In this document: piece after piece, positions 50,542-63,497 of the stretch
How the letters are laid out: every line of letters begins with the position of its first letter
How positions within the stretch are numbered: the first letter of the stretch is position 1
NCBI RefSeq assembly: GCF_016432865.1
Contig: NC_067402.1
Coordinates: forward strand, 116,994,001-117,058,000
Source: Antechinus flavipes
Lineage: Eukaryota
DNA length: 64,000 nt
Direction: 5' to 3'
Notes under the pieces: generated by a model
Seen by the model: the letters and a program-made list of their open reading frames with translations, nothing else
Database searches by the model: none
What the model was told of the DNA's origin: nothing
Translations under genes and position numbers: made by a program

Positions 50542-51699
50542 CTTTTGTTCTCTCTTTCCACCCTTGACCCACTCTATCCACTAACTTATCTTCTATAATC
50601 CTCCCTCTTATATTAGTATTGTTTTTTCAACTTATCCAGCCCATTAACTTACCAACTTCTATCACTCTCACCCTTTCTCTTACCTTTCTTTCCTTAGTAT
50701 TGCTGCCTTCCCTTATATCTAGCTTTTCCCTCTTTTTTATACTTCCCATTTGGTTGATTCTAGTTTTGAAGGTGCTGTTTTCTTCAGTGTTCTTTTTTTT
50801 TTTTTTTTTTTGCATTTAGACAATTGTATTTTTTAAGGAATTCCTTTTCCAAGAAATTGACTCTCTTTTACATACCTCATATTTCTTTCCCATTTTTTCT
50901 TCTACCTCTCTTATTTGTTTTTTAAAGTTTTTTATGGGCACTTCTAAGAAGCCTCTTTGGGCTTGAGACCAATTCATATCCCTCTTTGAGATTTCCTCTG
51001 TGGACATTTTGTCCTTGTCTGAATTTGTATTTTGGTCTTCCCTGTCACCATAGCAGCTTTCTACAATCAAGGTTCTTTTGTTTCTTGCTCATTTTCTTTC
51101 CTTTTATTTTGGTATTTTCTCTTTATTTTTTTTTTCTTTTTGATCAAGCTCTGTTCCTGGGAATAAGGGTGCTGTCCCCAGATTCCTATGCAATTCTGGA
51201 CCTTGGCTTTGAGCATAGTGGCCCCTTGTGATTACAAGGGGTAGCTTTGTCTGCTCTTTTCAGGAAACAGCCTGGTTTCCCCATATTTGCATTCTGAGCT
51301 GAGACTGGGGGCTGCCCATCTGAATTGCTCCTCTACTTAGCCAGCACTGAAGATCTATGGTTGATTTGCTGTGATTAAGACTGTCTCACCAACTTTCTAA
51401 GAGTCTGTTTGAGCTAGGCTGAATACTCTTCTTACCCCAGTGAGACTGACCTTTCTTGAAGTTTTTCAAATTTATTTTGAACTGGAGAATAGTTTCATTC
51501 CATCAGACTCAGTTCAAAGACTTTATTTCATATGTTTTTTGAGGGAAACTGGGAGACCTCAAGCAAGTTCCTGGCTTCACTCTGCCATTTTGGTTCCACG
51601 TCCCAAAAGATTCAATAACTGTTAAGTTTTAAAAAGGTTCATCTGTATTTATTTTTACATTAAAACTTGCATTTATTAATATTTTCCCAATCTAAAATT

Positions 51700-52050
51700 T
51701 CCTGTTTTCCTGTTTTCTCAGTGTATTTATTTGCCCCATTATATGTAAACATTCAACATTCATTTTTGTAAGATTTTGAGTTCCAAATTGTTTATCCCTT
51801 CCTTATCTCCTCTTCTCTCCCAGATAGCAAGCAATCTGATATGTTATACATGTACAATCATTTTGAACATATTTTTATATTTCATGTTGTTAGAGACAAG
51901 TCAGGAAAAAAAGGGAAAACACCTCAAGAAAGAAAAAGGAAACAATTTTTTTTTAAAGTTCATAATAGTATATACTTTGATCAGTATTTGTTCTCCCTTT
52001 GGATTCTGGTGGCATTTTCCATCCCAAATTTATTGGAATTGTCTTAGATC
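51700..52050 (-). mobile_element. L1 3' end fragment
   Basis: Marsupial L1 3'UTR motifs (cattcatttttgtaagattttgagttccaaatt; cccagatagcaagcaatctgatat). Confidence 0.75.
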
Positions 52051-52729
52051 ATAACATGGTTCATCTTTGTTGAAACATCTTCTAATAATTTTATAGCTGA
52101 ATAATTGTTTTGAAAACATTCATTTTTCATGAGAGGCAAATAAAATAATTGTTTTTTAGATTCTAACAATATTGTATTTGTTGCCCTCCACCCCAAAACC
52201 ACATAAAACCTAAAACATTACTTCATTTAACAAAGATTTAGTGACTATAGGATTATCCTACATAACATTCAGGCCTTAATTTTTTTCCCATAATATATTG
52301 TCATAGCATTATAGATAACCCCACCTTGTTAGAAAGGGCCCCATTGTTGAGGCATTTCTCCATAACTAGCCTTGGTGAATGCCAGCATTCTATATGAGTC
52401 TTTATGCTGCCCACCTCAGCCATAGGTATAGTCCAGATTTTCCTATTTCTGTAATAAATAACTGAGACCAAAGTACATATACTTCCCACAGAGACACTAT
52501 GCAGGTTACAACTTAACAGGGAATGAAAAAAAAATCAATGATGGCTAAAGCTGAAGGCATTGCTCAGCTGGCAGATGCAGGAGGATATAGTCAACAGTGT
52601 CAAATGCTGCAAAGAAGCCAAAGGCACAAGAAAGTGCAAAAATATATATCCTTATTTATTTTCTAGGAGCTTATAGGTCACTTGGAGGACACAAACAAAA
52701 TTATAAGTCACAATAACAAAAACAAGTTT

Positions 52730-52904
52730 NNNNNNNNNNNNNNNNNNNNNNNNNNNNNNNNNNNNNNNNNNNNNNNNNNNNNNNNNNNNNNNNNNNNNNN
52801 NNNNNNNNNNNNNNNNNNNNNNNNNNNNNNNNNNNNNNNNNNNNNNNNNNNNNNNNNNNNNNNNNNNNNNNNNNNNNNNNNNNNNNNNNNNNNNNNNNNN
52901 NNNN
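52730..52904. other. Assembly gap (175 N)
   Basis: N run. Confidence 1.
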
Positions 52905-55900
52905 AATGGATGCCTGGATCTTATACTTTGTCAACAGCTATGATAATTATGATAATACATTGCATTGTGTAGGATATATTGCTTTGCGCTAAGAAGAAAA
53001 AAAAAACTATTATAAAAACATAGAAAAATAAGAATATATATTTTTTTCCAAAAGATCCCAAACACTTTTATAGTATAATTTTCCAGAAGGGAAATCATGT
53101 AGATATAATTACAGTTAAGTTCTCTGTACATTATTGTTTACTTTTAAAAATAATCATGCATATTCATAGCTAAATTGTTAATTAGCATTCTGAGGGATTT
53201 TTTTTTTTATCAGCAAGAGAGATGATGAGCTTGGGCAAAAAGAATATGATAAAGATCTGAGAAAGCTGATATTTAACTGAGAATTTTACTGGTTGATTTC
53301 TCCCCAATGAACATGAGCATTAGAGCCTCATTATCATGTCTTTCAAAAGACAAAGAGGACAAGTATAAAATGATTTTTCAAGATAAAAATATTTCAAGGT
53401 CTTAAGAAGAGAGTTTAGAAATTTATTTTTCTTAAAACAGTTGCTGAATCTAATGAATGAAACTAGAGGCAAATTACGTTTTGGTGTTATGCACACTCCT
53501 GGAGGGCAAGGCTGGTTTTATTTTTCTATGTGTATTCCTTGGGTCCTAAGTCAGTACTTTCCAAACTTCCTTGCCAATTTATTTCAATTGATTGATATGT
53601 AAGATATTGCTCTAGGAATTATAGGGGACACAAAAGATAAAAAGTTACTTTCTGCCTTTTGTGATGTGAAATTTGGTAGAGAAGAGATATAAATAACTTC
53701 GGTACAAGGGGGAAAAGACGGGAATGAACATTTATGTAATGCCTAGTATGTTCTAGGCACAAGAATTAATACAGTTGATTCTTCTCCCTTTTATGTCCTT
53801 TATTAAGGATAGGATATAACAAATGGCAAATGATTTGTACCAATGGAATCTATAGTTAATATAGAGAGTATTTAAAGTAGTCTGGAAGATTGGGTAAAGT
53901 TTCAGCAGAGAGATGAAGAAGATAAATCATATATATGCATGTAAGTTTGTGTTTAATCTTTAATTCAAAGACTGCTAATTAGGAATTTGTGATAATTCTA
54001 AGTTAAAATTTATAATGGCCTTCATTTCTCTTCTTCTCCTTTCTCTTTCCCTTACCTATCCCCTCATTCTTGCCCATTTGTAAATTTGATTTGTGAGGAA
54101 GTATGATTATCTTAAGAGAAAAATAAACTGTGTTTAAGACATAGAAATATTGGATCTACTACACAAAGGAACTTTGGAAATCATTGAACCCCATTTTACT
54201 AATGAAGACATATCCCTGATGGGCACAGTGTAATTTTTGGATATTAAAGAGGGATTATTGCAAATTATTTTCTTCAGTGATGAAATGATTTTAGTAGGCA
54301 GATCAAAGGGATTGATAAATCTTTAATAAACCTGTGTGACTGTGTCATATGTACAATCCACTGCTGAGAAAGTCTGAATTTGAGTATTCCATGTCAAAAG
54401 ATGAAGCAGGAAGTCTTGCTGTAACTATGAACTTAAATATTTCAAACAGCAAAAATAATGGCATACTTTAAGCTATGGTAAGGTGGCACTCAATGTGATT
54501 CTCCAATCCTCTTCCCACAAGAGAATTTGAACATATTGCAGAGAACAGGTTATGCTACTTCTATCATCATATTTTTTAATCAAATTGAGTTCCATAATGA
54601 ATTACTGTAACTGTGAAAAATGAAATGAAGTCCTAGAATTCATTTTCATTCAGTGGATCATCATATAATCCAGGGAACAAAAAAAGATAATTAGTCTCTG
54701 ACCCAAGGAAGGAAAGGAACAGGAATGTTTCTTTCCCAATTTGTTCTATTTATTCTATCCTTATTTCTGCATGTCCTTAAAAACTTTGCAGATACTTCCT
54801 TAACAGTTCCCCTATTGCTGCTCAGGAATAGAGGGCAGGTGATTTAGATAGAAATGTGATTCATTAAAAGAAATTGTTGAGTTTTGTGGAGGGGAGTGGG
54901 GTGGGAAAGAAGAGTGGATGAAAATTCCCCTTAACCTACTTAGTGGACTTTTTACATGTAAGTTTGTCCAGTTAATTAGTATCAATCCTCCATAGTATGA
55001 GTTTAAAGTTTTTTATGTTACATGGAATAACTTAGTAAGTCAAATTCTTTCTTTCATGTCCTACATCTCCATGCTGAATATATTTCAAAAGTGAGGATGA
55101 TCTTTGAGGAAGAAAGCATGGGATCCAAGGATTTACTTCTGATTTCCCTACATAAGCAAAAAAAGGTGGATACTTCCAGAAATACAATCAAATATTATAA
55201 TTTTAAAAGTTTTGAATCCTTCATTTACTTTGAAATTGTATATTGTGAGGTCTCAAAGTATGTTACATCCGCAATAGATAAAGCTTTAAATATGTCATTC
55301 TCCCCCTTTTCCTTTTTGATCACAGAAAAACTGTGGGAAACATAGATATTCTAAGGCTGAGGAAAAGTACTTTTTTCTGGATGTACCTTCACTCCTTCCC
55401 CCAAAAACCTAATCAGTGTTAGTCACATAGTAGGTATTAAGTACCAATTATCAACTGAACTTTGATCTCAATGTACTTTAAGCATTATAACATTTGGCAA
55501 AGTATGTTTGTAGAAAAATATTCTTTCTCCCTTTCTTTCTCCTCCCTCCAATTTTTTCCTATTCCTTTTCTTTTCTTCCATTGCTATATATATGTATCAT
55601 CATATTATCCCATTTTGCCCTCTCCTTTTCATTTCTCTATTTCTTTTTAATGTGGTATTTCATTTCCTCTCCATTCTTTCCTTTATTCCCTTTGTATCTT
55701 TTTCTATTTCCTCCTTCTCCGTTATATATCTTCCTGTTTTTTTCCCTTTTCTCTGTCCCTTCCTTTAACCATTATTTCTCCCTTATTCCAAAATCTGTTA
55801 TTTCAATGAATAGTGAAATAGTAAATCAATTAGATACTGAGCTTTACCATAATATGAAGAATTTCTAATTCTTTTCCCACAGATCATGATTTATTCCTAA

Positions 55901-58563
55901 GAAATATACACATCAATTGCCAGAAATTCATAAAATTTTCAGTCAATACATCAAAATTTCAAATTAACTTCTAGTAGATTCAATAAGAAAGCACCCAATT
56001 TCTTATTTTGCTTCATTTATTGTAGAACAAAGTAGTGATAGTTTGGAACAAGGCTGAATCGGGACACTATAAGAAAATGAGTCATGTAAATGAGTTTCCA
56101 TTTCCTAAGATCCAGTCATTTGAGTGACTAAAGTTAGTTGGAGCTCATTGGATTGCATAGTTACGGGTATTCTGCTGTAACTCTCTTGTTATTATCAAGA
56201 TTACTACATTGCTGCCTCTTTTTTCCTTTCCAGTCTAATCAATCCCAGAAAAGTATAGGTACATGCATATCAACATATACACACACACTGTACCAAACAT
56301 TACATCTAAATCCAGATTTTTAAAATCCCATAAATTTTAATGAGATCATAACAACAACCAGTTAAGAAATTCTTTTTTTCTTTTTATACCAGGTTGGTAG
56401 CTTTTATGGATATTATAGCCTAGGTTTTATGTATTTATTTGGTGCTCTTAAGAAAGGTGTGACACTTTAAAAAATACATTTTATGTCCTCTTTTCTTCTT
56501 AAGAAGGACATGGTAAGTGGAAGTGGGAGCAGCTGAGCCCAGGCAGGGTAGAGATGCTATGTTGAAAGATGCCTTGAGGCACAGCTTTAGACAAGGTGGC
56601 ACTCTTGTGAACTGCTGGGAAACCACAGCAGCTTAAAGGCTGGCCTGATGTGCTGCTATAAGGTACCATTTCTGAGCAAAGCCTGCAAGCCAGGAGAGTT
56701 AGGGTCTCAAAAAATGGGCTTTTCAAAGTGCAGCTGCATCCACAAAGAAAGAATGATCCTCACATGATCACAGTGTGTAAAGGACTTTTGTTTCTTCATT
56801 AGATTATTTTGGCTTTAGCTGAACACACAAGACATTTCCAGGGAGTGGTGTCTTGCTGAAGAAGAAGCAATGAGAAGAAAGGCAGTAAAAGATATATTTT
56901 ATATAAGCTACAGATTCCAAGAACTTGATCAACTGCCACCAAAAAGGCTATAATTGCTAGCAAATTCATTAATTAATATTATGCTTGTATTTTAATTGTC
57001 AATTAAAATTTATTTAAACAGAGATCTTCTTAGTGCATTACATTTAGGTTGTTTATGGCTCACAGCAAAAGACCTTGTGTTTGGACTTTACAAGTAAGAG
57101 AACTGCAAATGTTATATGTTCCTTAATAATTTTCAGAAAATTATACTTTTTGTGAAAGTAAAATACCATGGCCATATACACATGGATGTTTAAATTTAAT
57201 TGAAACAAAGGTCTTACTTGTGGCAATAAATTATTATATATTTTTTTATAAGTAGTAATTGCTATGTGATCACTGTAAACGATTCAGAACTTTTTTGAAC
57301 TAAACCTGTGGTTTCCTCAATGAGAAGAAACTAACCAATATAGGTAGGTAGCTTCTCTGTCACTCATTCTTGGAGCTGCATTGAGTGAGAATTTCGTTGG
57401 ATTTTCAACAATACTATTAACATAGGGTTTTATGTATGTATTTAGGGTTCATATTAAGGGGAGAAGATCTATCTTGCTGATTGAGTGGAATGAAATGGAA
57501 GCTAGACTATAGCTAGCCTCTTGTTTTGGATGCCAATAAAAAGTATTTTTGAAAATGGAAATCTAGTTGTATTTTGATTGCATTCTCATTAGTTAAGTCG
57601 TCAAATAAGGTAGTCACATTTTAAGATTGTTATAGTATTTATGATTTAATTTCCTTTTAATTATACAAAGAGAATCATGATATTCAAAATTTATATAATG
57701 AAACAGCCAGTTACACAAAGTTACTTTTAAAATCTGAGGAGGTTGAGGTAAAGAAAGGGATTATGGGAGTAGCATGCCCCATATACAGTCAAAAGGAGTT
57801 CTTTAGTCCTGATGGTTTACTTAAATTGGTTTTCTTTGTTACATGCTTGTACTCAGTGATAGTGGTTTTTTTTTTTTAATTGGAGAATGTCTCTAATGCA
57901 AAAACCAAAAGTCTTTAATACAATAAACAGAAACAAAGACACTAAGACAGTGTTTTCCAATGTAGGGAAGAGAAAGGAAAAGTTAGTGATGATTTTTTTT
58001 AAGGTTATAGAAATGTGGAGATTAACTTTGTTTTTTCATAGTCCTTCGCTGGAATTGCCTTAAGAGTAAACAGTCACCCAAATGGCATAACTTCATGGAT
58101 ACTTAACAGATTCCCTGGTTTCCCCCCATGCCTTTTTTGTTCAGCTTGTTAATGATTTCCATAATTACAGCTTCATTCCTTTGTCCCCTGTTAACACAAA
58201 TGGTCTTTGGGAAAATAATACATTGACCTTAAATTTATATTTAAAACTCAACAAGTTCTTCAGATATTTTTCAGAAACTAGATTTTTCTTCAGAAAGAAA
58301 ATATCTTCAGATATTTTAATAGAAAACTGAGTCTGCTGCATACCTGAGATGGAAATAAATGCTCTCCATTGAGCACCATCTAGGAGTGATGATCACAAAC
58401 TTTACCTCTTCACCATTTTGCTCATTCTTATGGGAGAATAGAGGAATTTTCTGGATCAGTACATAGCATATCACTTATGTTTTCCAATAGCGAGCCCCAA
58501 CATCTTGCCTAAGCTCACAAGGGCAGCTAAGTGGAAAATGGTTGCTTATAATGGTGATCTCCA

Positions 58564-58681
58564 CAGCTGCCTCTCAGTAAGACAGCAGGCGGCAAAGTCA
58601 TTTGGCTCAGCTGCAAATGAAGCAGGGATAGCCCTCTCTGGGCACCAATAAGACAACAATGACATTTGTCCTCTGCAGCTG
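58564..58681. promoter_or_regulatory. Candidate intronic enhancer: six E-boxes in 118 bp
   Basis: CAGCTG at 58564, 58608 and 58676; CATTTG/CAAATG at 58599, 58614 and 58663; SOX-like AACAAT at 58655; sequence not recognised as a repeat. Confidence 0.35.
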
Positions 58682-58914
58682 TTGTTTCCTTTCTGTTGTG
58701 AACAGTGCCTTTCCCCTTAAGAAAAAAAAAAAAACTTTCTTTAATTTTACATTCCTCCCTCCCAAACCTACTTTTCCTTAAGCAAAGCAAATTTCCCAAA
58801 CTTAGTAATCCCAGCTACCATTTTTTTCTACCTAAGGTAAGGAGAGACTTTTTTTCTTTATGCTGAAGAATGAATGTGCCATGAAATTAAAAAAAAAAGA
58901 TATTTTAAACCAAG

Positions 58915-59115
58915 AAGTCTTAACCAAGAGACTGCAGACCCTTTATGAAGTTTGTCTGTAAACTCAAATGGGGAAAAATAAGACATCTTTTTTTTACTAA
59001 CCTGTCTAAAATTTAGTGTTTCCTTCAATTGTTTAAAAATGTTATTCTGAGAAGAGGTTTGCTAGAATGCCAAAGGGATCCATGACATACAAAAAAGGTT
59101 AATAATTCCATCTCT
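58915..59115. mobile_element. hAT-Charlie MITE remnant (MER3-like)
   Basis: End motif gccaaagggatccatgacatacaaaaaaggttaa. Confidence 0.55.
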
Positions 59116-60689
59116 AAACATGCCTATGATTAAAAACAGTAGTAATAAGAATTTTATGAGAGAAAAAGGGTGAGTTTTATTTGCTAAACATCAAAAGAAA
59201 AAGCTAGCTAACACAACCTAGTACAATGCCTCTCCAAGGTTTCATTCAGTGAACCTGACAGAGGAAAATGTGTGAGAAATGTGGTTGCCAACAGTAGAGT
59301 TTGAATGGAAATACTAAAAGTTATTGCTATTTTTGAACTAGATCATCATGTGCAGGTGCCCCAAATTGTATAACCCTTCCCTAGGGCCAAAGGTCTGGCC
59401 TTGGTAGATACAGATGAAATAGCTTGCTCTGGGCTGAGTTTTAACACATGTCATCACTGCTCAGATTCACTTTCAGAAGCATTCTTTGCCCAGACATAGC
59501 AAAAGACCTTGTTGGGGATCCTCATATAGGCAACTCTGGACAAACAGGCATTTCACATTAATTCATTCTGACTTGCTTTCCAAGAAGGTTAGACATACAC
59601 CTGGGGTCAGTGGGTCTCACAAGGGAATCTATGTTGACAAGGACCAGTTTTGAGCCTAAATGCTTGATACTCCTAGAAAACAGATTGAGTTATCTCTTCT
59701 TTTGTGCATTGCCTCCATCTAGATTTGTCTAAGCAAGTTTCCAAATTTAAATGTCAGTATAACTTGTGTCCAAGATATCCCACTGTGGATAGTAGGGTCT
59801 CCAAATCTTGCACATTAAACAAAGTTTTCAAAAAGGATGACTTTTAATTCTACCTACAGACAATATATGATACCTCTTGCAAAATATCAAATAAATCCAT
59901 GAAAATAGAGAAAAAAAGAACTTAAATAGATAATCAGCTGCTCTCCCTTCCTCCATCTCAGAGGAAACTGGACTTGGGATTGTTTTTCTGGGCAACTCTT
60001 TACAATTCCATTGAGTCTTTCTTTTTCCCAGAGTGTTATAAAATCTCCCTATGACTCATAGTATCTTCCTGTGCTGTAGACTGCTCTGAATGATAAATAA
60101 GCTTTGGAGCTTGTTAAACCATTTATTCTAGCCTTGTAAAACAAAACCAGAGAGGAATGTGCAGGAATCCCAAATCTTAGTTGAACCCCTGATTTCTTCC
60201 TGGAGGTTTGTTATAGCCCTTTAGTTTCATGTATTCCTCCATGCTACACTCTGAAAGTCACCAAAGGTTGGCTGGTTTGATCCCTTTACAAAAAAATGTC
60301 ATTTGTTGTTCTGATTCTGCTTAAGTCTTCTTTCTTTAACCAGATTTCGTCTGTTGTTAATGCAAGTGAGAAGGATCTTCTCCCCACTTTTTTTTTCAGT
60401 TCCTTTGACAGTGTGAAAACAGCAAGTTTTATAGTATTTGAAAGCATTTTTCTTGAAGGCTTAGGTTGATAACATTCTGCAAAACATTTCCATGATGCTG
60501 TAATTTTGTTCATGGTTCCAAATTAATGTGCTAGGAGCTTTCTCTTAAGAAGATTTCATATATAATAATATTTGACAGGTGGAAGCCTTGTTTAGATGAG
60601 TAAAAAAAGTATTGGAAACTAAAATTCTAGTACACTTCTATCAGTTAGCTCTGTGATATTGAGTGATTCACTTAAATTCTTTTTTGAAA

Positions 60690-61050
60690 GTTAATTTAAA
60701 AAAAAGATTAATAAATATTAATTTTTTTTCTCCCTTTCCTTCCTAACCTACTGGGGCAGGTGGAATCTCTGGAACAAACATGTATAGTTAAGCAAAACAA
60801 ATTTCCAATTTGGCTATGTCCATTTTTTTTTTTTTTTGCATTTAGTTAATCACATTTCTTTGAAGAGATAGCATTCTTTATCAGTCCTCCAGAATGATGG
60901 TTGGTTATTATGTTGATTAGAATTGTTAAGTTTTTCAGAATTTTTCATTTTTTAATAATATTGTTCTGCTCACTTCATTGCTCATTAGTTCATTCATGTT
61001 TTTCAAGGTTTTTAAAATTATCTTCATCATTTTATGCCTTCTATCAACAT
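60690..61050 (-). mobile_element. Older L1-type 3' end fragment
   Basis: Motif ttgttctgctcacttcattg...agttcat...tcttttcaaggtttt with a T-rich head. Confidence 0.6.
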
Positions 61051-61269
61051 TTGTTGAATTAGATATGAAAAAGTTTTAATATTTTATGAAAATAATTTTG
61101 ATATGAGAGAATCCCTAAAAGAGTCTCAAGGATCGCTGTGGGTCCCTGTATCATATTTTGACATTTTGGAGCAAAATAGAAGAAACAAAGCCTCTTTCTG
61201 TAGCAAAATCAAAACAAAACTTTTCAGATTTTAAAAATCATTTTTAACAATATGTAGGTAACTATATTG

Positions 61270-61400
61270 TAAGTTTTATATTTACCAATTATTTTCTTTT
61301 TCTTTTTTATTTTCAAATACTAATATCTTTTTTATTTTTCAAAATATGTACAAAGATAGTTTTCAACATTCACCCTTGCAAAATGTGATGTTCCAATACA
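61270..61400 (-). mobile_element. Short L1 3' end fragment
   Basis: caaagatagttttcaacattcacccttgcaaaa motif with a T-rich head. Confidence 0.7.
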
Positions 61401-62399
61401 TTGTAAATTTTTAGAAAGAAATATACTTGATTTTCATTTTTTTAGTAGAACTCTAATTCCTATTTCATGAAACACTGGAACAAAGTTTGGAAATGGTTAT
61501 TGGGAAGTTTGAATTAAACCTAAGTATGCTAGTGACCTCTAGTCTTTCTATTATTATTAAAGATAGTATGAAATACTCCCAATACAAATACATGTTAATA
61601 CTTAGAAAAAACAATAAAATGAATGCAAATTATAGAAATATCATTCATTTATCTTTAACTTCTCTTTGTTGGAGATGAGTCTTCATTTCAGCTCTTCAAA
61701 ACCTACAGAACAGATTGCTTGAGAAATTTGTGGCAATGTTACTTCAGTAACTTGATTTTTTAATTTACAAGCATTCCCTCCAGATCTCACAGTGACAGCA
61801 GATTTATAGAGCGCTAATAAAAGAATGTACTGAGTGGAAATATTTCAAGTTTGAAATTGCATATAGTAATGACTTACACTAGCAAGAGTCCAAAGCTATA
61901 GAATCCAACATATGGGACTGAATTTCAATTAATTATTGGGATTTGGGAAATAATAAATAAGGATATTTTAACCCCCAATATAGAGAAATATAGGGCTTAT
62001 GTCAGAATGTAGAATTTGATTAGGAAACAAGGGCAGAACCAGTGATTTCCTTATCTTGCATATTATCTACTATATCCATTTCTTCCTCCAACAGAAAAGA
62101 TGGTATTTTAGGCATCTGGGTAAAAAAAAATCTTTGTATGTCCTATAGAGTACTTTTATGGACAGTAACTTCAATCAACTTCTGTTGAGTGAATGAATTG
62201 ATGAACAGTTCTATAGGAGTGGAGCCCTGCCTGTTGAGACTGACATCTATTACTAGAGAGCAAAGTCCAAAAGGACAATGGCCCTTAAATATTTCTGACA
62301 TAACTCCCACTAATTTCTCTCTTACAAATAGTGACTTGTGGGCTTTGCCTTCTGATTTTTTGGGTCCCTAAAAATTATATGCCCACTAAATACTGTTTT

Positions 62400-62710
62400 T
62401 TTGCACTCTAAGGTTCACTCTTGGCCAACTAAAATCATTAATTCCTTCAATATTTAAAGAGTGTAATCTTGAGGCTCTTCAAGATCCTATTTTTCCTTTT
62501 GTACACATGCATCCCTTTCTTCCAAACACCATGGTTTTGTTAGTGCCCTGTCTAAAATATGACCCTCAGGAATGAGCAAAATATTCAAGATGTGGTCTGA
62601 GCAGGATGGAGTTCAGTGACCACCTTAGTACTAGATATCCTGCCTCTCTTAATGTAGTCTGAGATTGAATTTGTTTTTCTGGAAGCCTTATCACATTGTT
62701 CATTAATATT
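62400..62710 (-). mobile_element. L3/CR1 LINE fragment
   Basis: aatattcaagatgtggtctgagcaggatggagttcagtg...ctcttaatgtagtctgagattgaatt motif. Confidence 0.65.
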
Positions 62711-63352
62711 AAACAAGCCCCCTTAACCTATTTTGTTCCTCATATTTTGTACAGACTATAAAAAATAAAATTTCATTTTAACAAAATGAGATAATATTTC
62801 ATTTTAACAAGGTGGGAAAATAACCTTGTCATTTTGCCCTGTGTGTGCAACATTTTTTTAGACTAGCTAGAGGGAGTCCTCTTACTTTATTACTTTGACC
62901 ACCTATCTATCTTCATCCTTATGAGGTCACATCAAAACTATTGTGTCTGCATTAAAAGCTGTTTCTTTGTATGGTCTTAAAGTACAATGCAATCCTTTCA
63001 GTCACTCAGTAGCAACTAATGAAAGTTGAATCAACTAGAGGGATGTTTAACATAAGATGATGGCTATATTAAATTTTACTTGGAAATATATTAATATTTT
63101 AAAATAGCAATAATTGACATTCCAAATATTATTTATTATTAAGTGTACAACAGTTATACTTCTGAAGTTATTAAAGATTAATACTACTTTAAGACTTTTG
63201 GGACCCATGATATATCTGAAATATGTTATATTTCAAATATGGATCTTTTCTCACCAAACTATAGCCATTTCTATATGAGGTCAAACAGGTCTTCTTGTAT
63301 TCACATCTCTAGTTCATCTAGATTGACACATATATTTAATAACTATTTCTTT

Positions 63353-63497
63353 AAAAAATTTTTAAGACTTTTTAAATTGAATTTTTCCCAAAACATATGC
63401 AAGGATAATTTTTCAACACTAACTCTTGAAAAACCTTGTGTTCCAATTTTTCCTCCAATTCCCCCACCCCTTCTCCTAGATGGCATGTAATCCAATG
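63353..63497 (-). mobile_element. 5'-truncated L1 3' end with probable TSD
   Basis: TTAATAAC(T/C)ATT(T/C)CTTT at 63336-63352 and 63498-63514 (15/17); same L1 3'UTR pattern as 10582-10953. Confidence 0.75.

Larger units (their letters stand above)
47241..51611 (-). mobile_element. L1 with both ends intact and a TSD, internally deleted, interrupted by the ERV element
   Basis: TCAATAACTGTTAA at 47227-47240 and 51612-51625, with a TT/AAAA endonuclease site on the minus strand at ~51630. The 5' end reads GGGACGTGGAACCAAAATGGCAGAG on the minus strand. Decayed ORF2 residues ([18 protein letters not shown]; GDLNVPLS) at 47760-49440, ORF1 and 5'UTR remnants at 50550-51610, and 3'UTR at 47250-47755. 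Confidence 0.9.

Noticed and set aside
52660-52980. Third N gap checked for flanking inverted or duplicated sequence
   Set aside because: No matching copy of either flank was noticed; treated as an ordinary gap.
56500-56760. GC-richer patch with two CAGCTG boxes
   Set aside because: Motif density is not clearly above chance and there is no other support without conservation data.
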